The notes under the pieces: generated by a model
What the model was told of the DNA's origin: nothing
The model's database searches: none
Seen by the model: only the letters and a program-made list of their open reading frames with translations
In this document: positions 1 through 11,689 of the stretch, in pieces
How the letters are laid out: every line of letters begins with the position of its first letter
How positions within the stretch are numbered: the first letter of the stretch is position 1
Assembly (NCBI GenBank): GCA_011109175.1
Contig: RDEW01000018.1
Span: 913,962-977,961, forward strand
Reading direction: 5' to 3'
DNA from: Dicyema japonicum
Lineage: Eukaryota > Animalia > Dicyemida
Length of the DNA: 64,000 nt
Made by a program: the position numbers and the translations under genes

Positions 1-46
1 TTGTTGGCCCTACCAATCTCAACAGGATGGTACCGATATTTCATTG

Positions 47-917
47 TTAAAAACATTTGAGGTAATCGATCAAATTATGTGGTAGTTCGCACAGTTTGTC
101 TCCGTTTTGGATCATAAAGTCAACGATATCTATGCAGTCTTTCATATTATTCATTAAATCAAATTCAATCTGAAATTAGGATTAAATATACAGGAAATAA
201 TGTCGGAGTAAAAACTATGGCCAAATTCTTACTATTCATATTGGGGGACCGATGACCGATTTCATGGAGGAAACAAAATAAGTTGAATATTCCACACTGA
301 ATATATCTCGGCATTAAACGAATTAAGATTGAGTAAGCAGTCAGTTTGTTGGCTTCTGTACATTCTAAACATTATTCCTAATATCCCACGTGGTGAAATC
401 AGTCGGACGGCTTCAATAAATTCAAGTGGAATTACTGAAGGCTCAAATGTACGAAGGAGTCGTTTTAGTGCACATGCCAACTCATGAATGGTAAAGTAGT
501 TCTGCACTTTAAGGAACTCATCTTTTTTCAGCAGCTCAATGATCTTTGTGACTTTATCATTGTTTCCACTCAATCTGAAGATTCCCTCCATTAAGTAGTC
601 TATGGTACATTACTCATATGACTACCCTTAAATGATTTAATTTTGTCCATTATCTGTTGGACTCTACTAATCAACCTCAATTTATCAGAATCTTCTATGC
701 TTATCTTATATCTCTTACCTTTAACCAGCGTTTTTTTCTTGCTAAAATTATGCATCTTTTTCTTTACTGGTACTTTAATTTCCATGAATTCGTGAACACA
801 CTCAACTTCTATGTACTGAAAGGCATGCATCATCATAACAGTCCTATAGCTTTCAGGGAAATTAATCATCATTGAAATAATGAACTCTTCAAGCATCAAA
901 CTGTTCACAAATAACAT
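47..917 (-). CDS. RhoGAP-domain protein (~265 aa), 3 micro-introns
   Basis: Removing GT-AG introns 600-625 (26 nt), 365-389 (25 nt) and 170-191 (22 nt) leaves 798 nt in frame to TAA at 47-49. The product contains FKDYLMEGIFRLSG (arginine finger), HELACALKRLLRTFEPSVIP and PNMNSKNLAIVFTPTLFP. The start codon is uncertain and extra upstream exons are possible. Confidence 0.87.
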
Positions 918-1689
918 TTAATGTAAGCGAACGGAATACTCAATTTAAATATAACCGGTTCCTTTACGAATATTACTTCCTTAGACTAATTGATTTAATT
1001 ATTATCATACTAAAATATTATTAATTCAAACAGCTATTAATAGTAGTATTTAACAATAATAGTCATCTCTCATTTACAACACGTGTGGAAGTTATTCATG
1101 TTACACGTCGATAGAACCTCCCCATGTCGATCTGGGGTCATTTACTTAGTTGGGAACTATCTCTTTTTCTTTGTAACCTTGTTATCCTGGGGTAATAATA
1201 GTGCTCTTTAACCGGATGTCTACATCGGAATCTTCAATAAGACCCTGTCGTTGGGAGGCCACCTAGAAATAAGAAGCTGAGAATATCTTCAACAATCACT
1301 TGACCACTACCACAAAGTTTCCCATTACTTGAATCCACTAACCAGAGACACACCTGGAGAACACTCAGGAAAATCTAATCTCCAGCAAAAGAACAAACCT
1401 GGACCAAGAGTAAAAAAACTTCGTATCTACGCATGTCATACGGACCCTCGAAGTGAACAAGATAATGGATCAGAGACTTCATGAGATAACACTTTAGAAA
1501 TGCTTCCCCGTGGGCCTTCAGACTGGAACGTGCACACCTCCGATGTGGGCATCATCTATATCTTGTTGGAAGAGTTGTTCAGGATCTCTTTACTTGCCCT
1601 GGAACATAAACGTGGATTGTATAACGTCAAGATGGGTCCCAATACTTCGGGAGTGCATTGATTCTTTACCGCTCCCGTGGATCTCTAAG

Positions 1690-2560
1690 AAACTAGACAG
1701 GCGCGTAGGGGGTTGCTATTCAGCAGTTTCTCAAACATACCTTCACACATGCTTTTACAAAGGTTTTTCTGGGATGGGAAACTTCCGACTACTCCGCATT
1801 GTTGGTCTCTGATGATTCTGTGAGAGGTGAGGATCACATTGACCAACACCTGAATGGAGTTTAGGGAAAAATGGGGGTGTTCTAAATCTATGGGAGTGTG
1901 GATTTCCAGATCGCCGAAGCAGACAAATAGGATGCTTGGTCCATTCTTGATCGTCAAATTTCAGTTTCGTACAACGTTCAATAGTGGAAGGAAGAGGGAG
2001 TGATTAGATTGAACTGTTTTATTCTTAGAACCAAGGTACCTTGTGGTTGTGGTGGACATGTTTCAGTTTTGTGCTAATAGGGAGTTCCTCAATAGAACAT
2101 GATGTATACCCGTCCAGCGTCTCAAGATGTGCGAATGTCATTTTATTTGTCCTCCTTTGAGAGTATCTCTAATTTCACGTCTTAAAGGGTATCCAAGTAC
2201 CTCCAGTTGGTGTGATGGTCTCCGAGGGCTTTGGAATGATCTATCAAAACGAGAAAAAATCAGATTAAATTCAAAGTGGGGGAATCCAAAATTGGTGACC
2301 TCACATTTTGAAGTATTAAGACTAAAGTCGAGGCTCTCCTGTTGAAGCATTAGTCTTCTTAGATTCTCTAACACATTGTTTGTTGGTCACCATAGTTCGT
2401 CATCAAAGTATATAGATTAACACCCCGTCACTAAATTGAACAAGAGCTGGTTGCAGTGGATCCCCTTTTGGAGACCCGAGGACGAGATAATGAAGTATTT
2501 GCTGTGACCCAGGCTTGACGTTTTTGTGTAAGGGCCACGCCCATATTTGTATTTTGAGGG
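1690..2560 (-). mobile_element. Decayed RT region of a CRE-like non-LTR retrotransposon
   Basis: Frameshifted motifs SSSGLQKGDPL, YFDD, FSLNTSKCEV, LEVLGYPL, FDDQEW and GDLEIHTPIDL appear in the order expected for CRE-like RT and thumb. Confidence 0.55.
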
Positions 2561-2808
2561 AGAGTCCTCCAAAATTACATCACGACGTATGCTGTCGAAG
2601 GTGTTTTAACATCAATTTGGGAATCATGGGGAATATTCATGTCTTTGAGCGTAACTGTCAAAACAGAGTGTACTTTTACTTCTCAACCTTCGAGACTGTC
2701 GACCCCTACTTCATTGGCTTAAGAGATCACACAAAAAACCAGACAACTTAAACACCAAAACTTGCTCTCAATAAATTTTAAGGTTTAAGACATACAATTT
2801 GTTAAAAA

Positions 2809-3804
2809 TCAAATAATCTCAAAATCTCCATTGGCAAATACCCTAATGGATCGCTCAGGAATACACGACAGCTCCCCCAGTGCTAATTCCTTCTTATAAT
2901 CAACGACAGTCTCCTCTGCCGAACATTCACTCAAATCAATATAAAAAGGGAGTAACGGGGACTTATGCAACTTCACCCCCACTGTCTTTATATTATTCCA
3001 CTCCTGGAATTTTAACGACGATTCTACTAAAGGCTTCAATTATGTTATCAGTCAAGAACTGCTCCCCCAACGAGCTGGTCCCAACCATGAAAGAACTAAA
3101 AGATGAGGACCAATCTTACCTAGTAGAAGCTCCCCCTCGAATAATACAGCCAATAGTGCACAAAGCTCGACGGACTTCTCTTGGAAGACTGAACTCTGAG
3201 CAATTCAAGGGAATCGGGATCCTGAGTTAACCCACATTTACTTTGCACAAGTCATAAACTTTGACCCCAGAAAATTACGCACGTGATGCTTTATAGACTT
3301 GTCTACCCAAAATACATCAAATGAGGCGCCCAGGTTTCTTTTAGCCTCAAAGGGTATGAACTCTTGTTTGAGCTTCATCATTGGGAAGATCTGGGGTCAA
3401 CAATAAAAGAACCTCAATGGATTCTAGGCATTTCATGTTATTGAGTCTTTGTTTGACTGTCTCGACTGTGTGATGTACACCCACGCCTTCGTTGAGTCTG
3501 AGAGCTATTAATTCGTGTTGTAGCACCTCCTGCTGGTCAACGGAAGGTAACTTGAGGTCTTTGTGGAATAAACAGATTTGCGGATTTTCTGGCACAGTTC
3601 TGTGAGGAAGTCTGCAATAAATTATGGTTTTGGATGATTTTAGGGATTTCTTGAGTGAAAATTGAACGTATATTTTGGATTCTGCAGAGGAATTAAAAAT
3701 GTCCTTATTTTCCTTAGACAATTTTGTATTATATTGTAACAATGCATGAACTGCTTCTTTAACCTACATAAGAGAAATTTTGTCACCTTATTTGAATTTA
3801 ACAT
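2809..3804 (-). CDS. RSL1D1: Ribosomal L1 domain-containing protein 1 (Utp30/CSIG family, ~301 aa), 4 micro-introns, one +1 frameshift
   Basis: Introns 3764-3786 (23), 3391-3412 (22), 3222-3241 (20) and 3096-3119 (24). The spliced product has VKEAVHALL, LPHR..ICLFHKD, FEAKRNLGASFDVFWVD, KIPIPLN and IP.WNNIKTVGVK..SPLLPFY, which match the RSL1D1 pattern. One extra base lies near 3001. Confidence 0.85.
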
Positions 3805-3909
3805 AAAACTGAATCAAAAGCACGTGCAATGTAATCTTTATAAATATAATTTTAAATAATTTAAAAAATATAATATAAATATTTTAAATAAGCTATTATA
3901 TAAAATGTC

Positions 3910-4780
3910 CTTTAATAATAATAATAAAAATGGAAAGTGCCCGTAAGGCCAGTTAGGTAAGTGGCCAATTGGTTGGAAAGTTGAGGTGGTCCTTGTCATC
4001 CTTCTCATGAGATTGGACGAAATGATTCACTCGGAAGACATCGAAAACTTGAATTTTTGAACAAAGTAAGTGTCTGATGCTCATAGGATCTGTATTCGAA
4101 TCTTGTCCAGTTTGAAATTAAAGGAACATTGAGGATCATCTGTCACGAACTTCGTGTATAGGAAATTAGTTGGTATGCTTATACTTGTTATGCCAATATC
4201 TAGCCACATTCCTGAACTTACCACCATTTGGAGTCTTTCCTATCCGTAAAGACAAGGATCATTTGGATCCCGATTAGACTAAGTCGGAATATAGAATAAT
4301 ACAACTTCAACAATTTTTTACTAACCAGGAAATGAAGAGGAATACTACCTTGGATTCTTACTTATCCTCCTTTTCATAGTTGGGGGATAAAATTGGACGA
4401 AGCACTTGGAAGAGTTGAGAAGAATAGAAAGTGAAATCAGGGGAGCTATTGGAATCTTCTTGAATTGTGGAAGAGGGTGCATTTAGGCGGTGGTCGTTCA
4501 GGCATACTAAATGGTCCTGTTCAGATAGGATATGAAGTTAAGGGAAGTTCACCAAGCAGGACTCTTGGCCTTAAAATTCCAACAAATTAAAAAGTTTTCA
4601 ATGGTGGAAAGGCTGAATAGTCGGTGAAGGTAGTCCCCTGAGCAACTTTTTGTGGTGGAATGTAGAGATTAAAGATCGTGTGAGGTTTAAAAAACTACCG
4701 GTATCCCACAAGCACAATAATACATATCATCTAGTGTCTTGGAGTACCAATGGTCAAGTCATAAAGGGTCAACATAGTGC
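3910..4780 (-). mobile_element. Internally deleted APE-type non-LTR remnant with (TTA)n tail
   Basis: Broken APE motifs LTIFNLYIPP, FVG.FKAKSPAW and NSSPDFTF at 4400-4700; (TTA)4 tail near 3915. Confidence 0.5.
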
Positions 4781-4886
4781 AAGTCCACGTTATAGACAGT
4801 AAAAAACAAAATAATCCGTAATTGGCGAAACAAAAAAAATTCAAAAAATCAAAATAAATAGAATTTAAAAATATAAATAAAAACTA

Positions 4887-6494
4887 TCAATGTCTGGAAG
4901 AGTTGGTGTACCTCATAGCATCGTGCTTATTAAAAATGCAGAGGAATGTAATCAAAGCGGAAATCAGGAAAATAATGTTGAACCACCTTTGGTAAAAATC
5001 AAATCTAAGGCCTTCCAAAATGGAAGTAATTATGGTCCTATACTCCGGAGGCACAGTGGACCTCATCAGTAACACGGAGGAGACACAGTACATCCCCTAA
5101 CCAATGAGACCATAATCTACCATGATCTCCGCCATCACCAAAAACAATAATGTCAGAAAAGGTCCCTTCGTTTGCCGCCCCTGTGAACAACCTCTCAAGA
5201 TTCAACAGAAGACCCCTCACACTGGTCACTGCCAGGATCCCCACTGCCATAAACGACGCCTGTTGAGACCACAGTTTCACCTATGCCATAAAATAGCTCA
5301 CTACGTCAATGTCGATCGAAAGAAAGCCTACCAAGATCGCTATTCCATTAGTAACGGGGTCCGCCCCGCCCACACGATTAAGTAGAATGCTGACGATCGT
5401 CTAAAGGTCACTCAAAATGCCACAATAAAAATCTTCCAGCAGCAGTAACCGAAGAACAACCAACCGACGATGTTGAAATAGATCCCCTTGTAGGTTAGTG
5501 ACTCTAGTATGAGTTTCTAATGGGTGAGAGTGGTGGGTACCCGCTGTCTGGCCAACTCTCGATATTCAAGGTAGTACCAGGTGAACGAATCCTCTAGCAG
5601 TTCAATCTCACGTGCTAGTTTTCCTAGGCTTCAATACAAGATAAACCGATCTCATCGTCCTCTGAGCTGAAATACTTGGAAAAAACGTGGAAACTCCGAC
5701 TTTTGAGAAGGTTTTCCTCGTTCCTTAAAAGTATGAGTCTACGCTTAGAGCCACGTGGACCTCCTTTTCTTTCCAATAATCATATTCAGTGTGACCATGA
5801 CCTGGTTCTTGGCAAACTCAACGTCCCGATCCTCGACTCGGCTAAAATCAAAAGAAGAGGTACCAGAGGAAGTAGAACATGGTATTGTAAGGGTAGGTGA
5901 TGACTCCGACCCCTGACAGAAGGGCAATAACGGCGACTCCAATGATTCCAACTCGACGACCGCCTGCTCGAGAGAGAGGTACCCTGGGTTGGGGAAAGAA
6001 AAATACCTGCCTTGTGGGAAATGAATGGGAACGGATTTCCGATCTTCCAGAAGAGGCAGAATAGGAAGGCCCAAAGAAGGGTGATGAGGAACCGACGAAG
6101 ACTACGATTAGCTGGAATATAAGAGAAGGATACTGAATGGGAGAGACTGCACAAGGGTGTAAGCCATGTGGAGGGGAATAACGAAAATTATGAAGAAAAT
6201 CATCATCACGAGGCTGAACTTCCAATGAAAATGGCGGGAACTAGGCTTGGGAATAAGTAATACTCTTGGGAGAGGATATCGAGGATCTCGAAAATTATTA
6301 GTTCAAATAAGGTGCACGAGAAGGCGAAGGTGAGGGAGAAAAGGAGAATCACGCTGAAGTTACGGATTTGGTAGTCACGGAAAAGTTTTTCGAGGAAGAA
6401 TATCCACGATCCAAGGAAGAAGATGATCTGTTTTGGTTAAAGAATAGAATACCTGGCTTGCTAAGACAACTATAGAATCTATAACGATCGGCAT
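4887..6494 (-). CDS. GPR89: Golgi pH regulator GPR89/GPHR (~450 aa), 11 micro-introns, two single-base frameshifts
   Basis: Introns 6428-6452, 6241-6263, 6112-6133, 5984-6006, 5842-5863, 5739-5760, 5624-5646, 5517-5540, 5401-5423, 5281-5304 and 5097-5120 (22-25 nt, all GT-YAG). The spliced length is 1353 nt. The product has MPIVIDSIVVLASQIIFF, FAFSCTLFELIIFEIL, SRHFHWK, RVGIIGV..IALLSG, DPVTNGI, VKLWSQQASF..VTSVRGLL, IMGMYCVSSVLL and FYQRWFNIIFLISAL. One base is missing at 5957/5958 and there is one extra T in the run at 5140-5144. Confidence 0.95.
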
Positions 6495-6594
6495 CAGCAC
6501 ATGAACGTAGAATTCTTTTGGATTATTTATATTTTATTATATAAATTAAAAAATTAATATCACTATATTTTATTTCAAATATTATTATTTCAAA

Positions 6595-7325
6595 TTGATC
6601 CATAGATGGAATGCTCTGGCATCCAACCTAGTCAGCCGGCTCTCTGGACATCGCCTGGATTGTTTCCAAAATTCGAGGGAGGCGGTTGATGGATCTTGGC
6701 TTGGGGTTTACCCATGTCAAGAAGTTGGTGGATTGTTGGATGATGACTCACTTCGTACAGCTGTATGTCTACACCTCGGATTGCCTGTTTGCACCAAATC
6801 GAAGTGCAAATGTGGCTGTCTATCGGACGAACTGGGTCTCCACCTCCTCTCATGCCGGAGCGGAATTGGCAGATCTTCTCGACATTCGGCAATGAACGGC
6901 ATCATTAAGAAAGCATTAGAATCGGCTGGATTCCGTTGCCGGATCGAACCGACTGGTCTATTTGACAACGGAAGACGCCCTGACGGCATGACCTCCTTTC
7001 CTTTTGAGCGAGGGCGAAACCTTGTATGGGATGTGACCTGTGTCTGCTCTTTCGCCCCAAGCAAAAAAATTATTCACCGGGCAGACCTTCTTCTCAAGCA
7101 GAGGAAGTAAAAAATGCTAAATACTCTGATATCAGCGACAGGTACATTTTCGCACCTGTCGCGATTGAAACTTCGGGGAACTTTGGCCCTTCCTGAACCA
7201 TTTGGGAAAACTACTAACTGACAAAACTGGTGATCTTCGTGAGACGAGATGGCTCAAGGAGAGGCTCTCGTTGGCTGTTGTCCGTGGGAATAGCTTGTGC
7301 ATCTCCCAACAGCTGAATTAAAATT
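6595..7325 (+). mobile_element. 3' part of a CRE-like RLE retrotransposon (zinc knuckle plus restriction-like endonuclease)
   Basis: GLLDDDSLRTAVCLHLG, CKCG..LHLLSC..GRSSRH, RRPDG..WDVTC, FAPVAIETSG and LSLAVVRGN; frameshifted after ~7065. Confidence 0.85.
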
Positions 7326-7485
7326 AACTATTCTTTTTCCATTTAAAATTTTGTAAAAAAAAAAAAATCGTTTAAGTGTTTTTATTTTTAATAAAACCGG
7401 GGAGGAGCATCGGGCCAAGATGAGGTCCCTGCTAGAGCGTGCTGGGATCACGTGATTAGTTAGTTTGTGTGACCGTGGTCTGGTG

Positions 7486-7503
7486 TTATTATTATTATTA
7501 TTA
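7486..7503 (+). repeat. (TTA)6 microsatellite, probably a retroelement tail
   Basis: Perfect (TTA)6 read directly from the sequence. The tail interpretation is inference. Confidence 0.6.
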
Positions 7504-8039
7504 ACTGGAAATTTTACTGTGTCGGCTCTCGGGAGGAGCACCGAAAAGGATGAGGCGGCTGCTTAAAGAGGCAACCCACAATCTCATTTATTTAGTCGGT
7601 GATTCTTGGTTTTAAATAAATAACTGGAAATAAGTGTCGGAAAATATCCAGATTGTTCCGGGTTTGCTTCTAGCTGCTGTCCATTCCGACTGAAGGTTTC
7701 CTGCATATACGACGTTTCTTGGCTTTACAAATGACCCCCGTCTTCAGTGATACCCACTAGTGACAGGATTGTCTTCAGGGACTCACACGCAACAATAAGA
7801 AAAAAATAAATTGAGAAAAATCTATATTTTGGCTTCAGGTATTTCATATCTCGTTTGGCCATAAATAAATAAGCTTTATCGATTTACTGTAATTAACAGA
7901 GGAATTAACATTTTTAATCAATGTGTGCTTGCACTGCATTTTCAATGTTATCTTTATTTAAAATGGTTCGCCAACAACAAAATTTAATTAATTTTTAATT
8001 TTAAAAACCTTAAGACCACTAAGAAAGAAATGATAACTC

Positions 8040-10130
8040 ACTAATTAGGTGATCCCATCCTCCAAAATCTCCCGAATTTTCCTTGAATGTTCCTTCAGCG
8101 ACCAAACTGACCTCAGGAAGTTCCTTCTTTGTGTCTGCAGAGGAACTCTATCGGAGTACACTTCTTTATGGTCGATCTGAATTCCTCTTCATGTGCCGCC
8201 TTTCTAACCCTGGTCATTTCTCAACGAGGTCGCTTCTGAAAAGAAACTGGGGATGGATCTACTATGATCCAGCTAAACCTCCACCTAACCCTAAGCTAAG
8301 GAGAAGGAAATAATGCTCGATAATCTGTTTTATCTTATATTATAGGTTCGATAACACTGCCTACCTTAATTTGGACCCTGCTGTTCTCAGCTACAGATTC
8401 CATCTTATGAGTCCGCAACTGTCTGGTGTGGCGAACACCATACTAGTGCATAGTAGAAGATGAAGACTCATGACTACCACGTTATGCCTCCATACTTAGC
8501 ATGCAAAAAAGATCTGATAGTGGCTAGGTGGGTTGCCCGTGTTTTCTCGGTCGTTATTATGGCGTGCTTCCTAGCACAAACACTTCTCCCAGCTATCAGT
8601 GTGTCGTGCAATCGCATAAGGATCTGCTCACTTAGTTGGACTAATCCACAAGGCTAAATTTATCACGGGGTAAATATAGTCTTTCCTTGGATGCCAGCAC
8701 ATGGAAATTCAGTAATTTGTTTCTTCGTCTCAGGCATTATAAGGGACTTTGGAGTTTCGGTAACACCAAGATACTTATCCTTCGTGTTCCTCTAGGACTC
8801 TTACTAACTCGCTACATACTTGCGTGTTAGACGCAGACTTTGAATAATTCAAATCTAGTCCTATACTCTCAAAGAATTCACTGGCACAGACCACCATGGA
8901 GTAGAGCTCCTCGGCTGTTCTAGTATACATCTTCAGGTCATCGATAAAAAAGAAGGTGATTTGTACTGAAACAAACACCCTCACAATCAACTGATATTTG
9001 CCAAACTGGGTCATTGGGGCGGTGACTCATTAGAAGAGAATTGGATTGGCCTCGACAAAGCTCATGACCTCATCAACCATCAATTTGGTCATCAGCTTAT
9101 ACTGGGTTGGCATGAGGATATCGATCGATAATCTGCAGCAGACTGAGGGTTGTCCAGCTTTAGGATCAAATTGTTTCGGTGCAGGCCCAATCAGGAATTG
9201 TTTCTTGGTTAGTGATGTTTTCTGTAATACGCGACACATAGACTCGTGCAATGAAATGCATCTTCTGATAAATTATACACTTTATCTACCCCGGTCGTTT
9301 CCCAATCGGAAAGACGTCTCACTATCGCCTCAAATTTCTTGCAAAATCGAAAATTCTGCAAGATTCCGCCAAGAAAGGAGCGGTGCTGTACGGGAAATTC
9401 CACGCATTACCGAGTCCTGTTGGAAACATGCACTATGGCCATTTTCGTGTAGGTGACGGTATAACAATCTGAGATTAAACTCAAGCAGATTATTTTTCCT
9501 CTTCTTCACTTACACCGACTTTCATGAGCATAGAGTTTCCTCTTATACACCATTATTGTCCTCCCCAATTTTTTAAGGTCGCATTTGGGAATACGGAGTT
9601 TACTAAGTAACCCTTATACTATAGGCGGTGCTCTTCCTTTAACCCCTCTCGCCACACTTGTACTTGTACGTCGACTCCTAGTAGGTGATCTGTGCTGAAT
9701 ACATTACTAGGGAGATGTTACCCAGTGACTTTATTGGATTAGCTTCCATCGCATAAGCCACAGCCTTTTTAATACAGGTTAACACTACTCAGATAACTAT
9801 ACTACGAGGGATCTTGCGAGTAAATCTTTGGTCCCTAGGGAAAATCTGCCGTTGCAGCGAGATTCAGCGCAAAGCTTGAGCTGCAACGTATCACAGCTCT
9901 GATACTATTGCTTTCTTTGACAGTTGTGATCATCTGGTCCCCGCCCCCTTTAGAGCAGAACTGCTCGTCTGACCCTCTTTGTCTACAGCAATGTTCTTGA
10001 GTTCACTCAGATATAGCAGTACTGAATCTGCCACTGCAGAGCTCCGCCAAATATGGCCAGCCATTCAAGAGCATCCAGGATAGCATGCTACTTGGTATAG
10101 TTATATATTATACTAAAGATAGCTCTTGCC
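8040..10130 (-). mobile_element. Decayed, internally deleted RLE-type (R2/R4-like) non-LTR retrotransposon with its 5' end next to the first tRNA-like gene
   Basis: N-terminal MVYKRKLYAHESR, RT motif FFIDDLKMY..IGLDLNYSKSA..EGYKYLG (8775-9014), and a C-terminal region homologous to 30450-31050. Confidence 0.8.
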
Positions 10131-10249
10131 CATAGCGAGATCGATGTTCTGGAAGTGCTACCAGTATAAACGAATAAGATGTTCGAGAAAGCGAAGACTA
10201 TAAGTAGAAAGTTTTTTCAATTTTTTGAAAAAAATAAACATCATAAAAA

Positions 10250-10325
10250 TGGTCCCCGACCGGATTCGAACCGGCAACATAGTGACTTTGAAACCACTGC
10301 TCTAAAAATTGGAGCTACGAGGACC
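10250..10325 (-). tRNA. Atypical tRNA-like gene, type 1 (UUUCAAAG loop), copy 1
   Basis: GGTCCTCG/CGGGGACC 8-bp acceptor plus A, D stem GCTC/GAGC, T arm GCCGG-TTCGAAT-CCGGT, followed by a T-run. The anticodon arm is non-canonical. The D loop reads CAATTTTTA here and CAATGTTTA in the other copies. Confidence 0.7.
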
Positions 10326-10476
10326 ATTTCTATTGTTCTATATTCCTATTAGCCTCTGCATCTCAATATCCTTGGTATGATCTCCCTTTTTCCAATCCTG
10401 GATCCTCAATTAACGAAACAGTAGTACAATAATCATGCAACGAAATGTACAATCAATAAAACTTTATTCGAGTTGC

Positions 10477-11530
10477 ATGCATCGTTGTGATTGTAGTGGT
10501 CGAAATACAAGACTCACTATCGAACAAAAAATGCAAATATTGCGTTATAATGACGACAACAACATATTATAATGCAAAGAATTGCTGATAAAATTCCTTT
10601 TTTAAAACTGAAAAATTGCAGAAAGACTGTTAACTTATCTAAATATGTCGCGAGTCAAATTTGAAACAATTCAAAACTAAAAACTCTTCAACAAAAACAG
10701 TCAAAAATTTAAAAGTTTCCGCAACTGATGAAAAGCTCGTTAAGTGAATGGATTTGATAGATTCAAAAGGTTTACTTAATGTTTTTAAATTTTAAAGTGC
10801 ATTATTGCCATGTAAAACAGAATTCTTTGTTAAGCTCTTTCTCTAGACTATTTCAAAAAATCATGGATTATAATCCATATTTAAGAAAATGGATTAATTT
10901 TAGATTAGGAAATTACACGGACAAATGTGTACACACAATAATGTCGACATTGAAAGGTTTTTCAAAGAATTTAAAGAGGTTTCAAAATCATATACCTGCA
11001 TCAGATTTATTACCTGGATAAAACTGGTCTTTTTACAAGCTTTTTCCATCAAGAAGTAGTATTCGCAAGACTCCATTTGGAGGATAAAAGAAATTAAAAG
11101 ATAGAGTATCTGTGAAGTCATTCACAAATATTTTTGGAAATCATAAAATAATGGCGTTTATTCATTGGAAAATCAAAATGTAAAATGTTTCAGAAAATAT
11201 GATCATCGGTATTCTGTTTCATCTTATAATGCCAAAGATCGTCTACTTTATTTTACGACGTATTATTCTTTAGTCTAGTCTCATACCAGGCACAGAGACA
11301 TCGATTCTGAGTTTCAAAAGTCAATAGGTTTGTTAGATGAAAAGGCCTAATAATATTAACACCAGAGACTACGGTTAATCAAACTAACTATTCACGTTAT
11401 ATCAGCACGCACTAGCATAGATCTCATCTTGGCCCGATGCTCTTTCCTCGACCCTAAACAACCACGTGTTGGTCGATTGACATAAGGCAGCTTATATCAG
11501 ATGCAGCAAGGGATGGTATTCTATCAAATT
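10477..11530 (+). mobile_element. Decayed pogo/Tigger (CENP-B-like, DDE_1) transposase, submonomer A
   Basis: Stitched frames give RLTIEQKMQILRY (CENP-B N-terminal HTH), DEKLV.WMDL (Tc5 HTH), KLHGQMC, IYNLDKTGLFYK (N.DETGL motif) and KKFKDRVSV. Sister copies lie at about 15829-16880, 21174-22220 and 26513-27560. Confidence 0.8.
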
Positions 11531-11689
11531 AGAGCAAAAGTAAAAGTCTTTAATTATCATTTAATAATCATGAAAATTAGCAGTCAATATTAAATTAATA
11601 ATATTCCCAAATTTTAAGCCACATCACCCTTTAATATCAGGTCGATCACCTTTAGGCTTTTTATGCGTTTTTTACGATTTGAATTTATT

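Noticed and set aside
1100-1680. Possible plus-strand APE remnant
   Set aside because: Only weak motif echoes (DWNVHT) were seen, which is not enough to support a call.
47-6494. UGA reassignment suggested by the UCA-loop tRNA-like gene
   Set aside because: Trp positions in the spliced genes use TGG, no in-frame TGA occurs in their exons, and GPR89 and RSL1D1 end in TGA.
10250-10325. Calling the type 1 gene tRNA-Sec
   Set aside because: It has no long variable arm and no extended D stem, its geometry is 8/5 rather than the eukaryotic 9/4, and the UCA loop is out of register by one base.
10130-10325. tRNA-headed SINE
   Set aside because: A T-run follows the tRNA-like part immediately, and the downstream sequence is a LINE 5' region rather than a 3' tail. 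No flanking TSDs were seen.
10725-10750. Hammerhead core at CTGATGA in the pogo region
   Set aside because: There is no stem II or GAAA, the motif varies between copies, and it is simply the TDEK/LDEK codons of the transposase.
10140-11620. Terminal inverted repeats for the pogo element
   Set aside because: The left candidate TA-CCAGTATAAACG has no matching inverted copy after the transposase.
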